Assembly (NCBI GenBank): GCA_964016885.1
Contig: OZ024740.1
Location: 314,464,001 to 314,528,000, forward strand
DNA length: 64,000 bases
Source: Eledone cirrhosa
Taxonomy: Eukaryota
Reading direction: 5' to 3'
Positions 63,468 to 64,000 of this stretch are shown in pieces. A program made the translations under genes and the position numbers. Within the stretch, counting starts at the first letter, position 1. Every line of letters begins with the position of its first letter. The notes under the pieces were generated by a model that saw only the letters and a program-made list of their open reading frames with translations, was not told the DNA's origin and did not search any database.

Positions 63468-64000
63468 GTAAGATTGTTGTTATTGTTATCATTGTAGTTG
63501 TTGTGTGAGCACTTCAATTATGTCAAATTGACTCTGGTTGTTGCTGTCGTTGTTCTTGTTCTTGTTTTGTTAAGTAGCTCTAATCAGATTTGCTTGAGAC
63601 AACATGGCATGGAATTACCCATAGTTTTCTAACTATTCACATACATATATGTAGATATCTAGCTTGTTAGTTCATATTCAGTTTCAGCATATGAGTGCAG
63701 TTCTAACTAAAGTCATCATCATCATTTAACATCCATTTTCCATGCTTGCATGGGTCAGACAAGTTGTCCTGTTGTAAGATAAGTCAGATTACATGACCAT
63801 GTCTTGCTCTATTGCCACTGTGAGAGGGTGATGATGGTGATGATTGAGTAAAACCTGTAAAATTCTTTGGATTGGTGTGTTAGTCAAAGATATGAATAAA
63901 TTATGAAAATAACTGGTGCAAACAGTTTTGTATTTATGTAAGTAGAGTGAGTTTGTGGGGAATGCAGAAAACAAAAGGGGTTATGTGAAATGAAGTCAGC

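Overview
AT-rich, repeat-dense eukaryotic animal DNA. The SINE/RTE repertoire and microsatellite load suggest an invertebrate, most likely an octopus-like cephalopod (inference). Roughly 1-42 kb is a transposon graveyard: a broken Gypsy pol, CRE-type and RTE LINE fragments, SINEs, MITEs, Helitron-like elements and a 200-N gap. It also holds two intact, apparently young Penelope-like retroelements (Naiad-type RT + GIY-YIG; ORFs 21037-23481 and 34772-37231) plus several decayed relatives. Both intact elements sit in (TA)n and share an inverted-pLTR + direct-pLTR + ORF + 3' pLTR layout. Their pLTRs carry non-canonical hammerhead ribozyme folds: one has stem II expanded into a 116-nt hairpin, one has a U4C core, and a third fragment has a U3-A8 core. 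From about 42.6 kb to the end lies a spliced + strand gene for the lysosomal uncovering enzyme NAGPA: seven well-supported exons plus a candidate signal-peptide exon, with the gene continuing past the window end. Family assignments rest on recognised motifs only; no database search was run.
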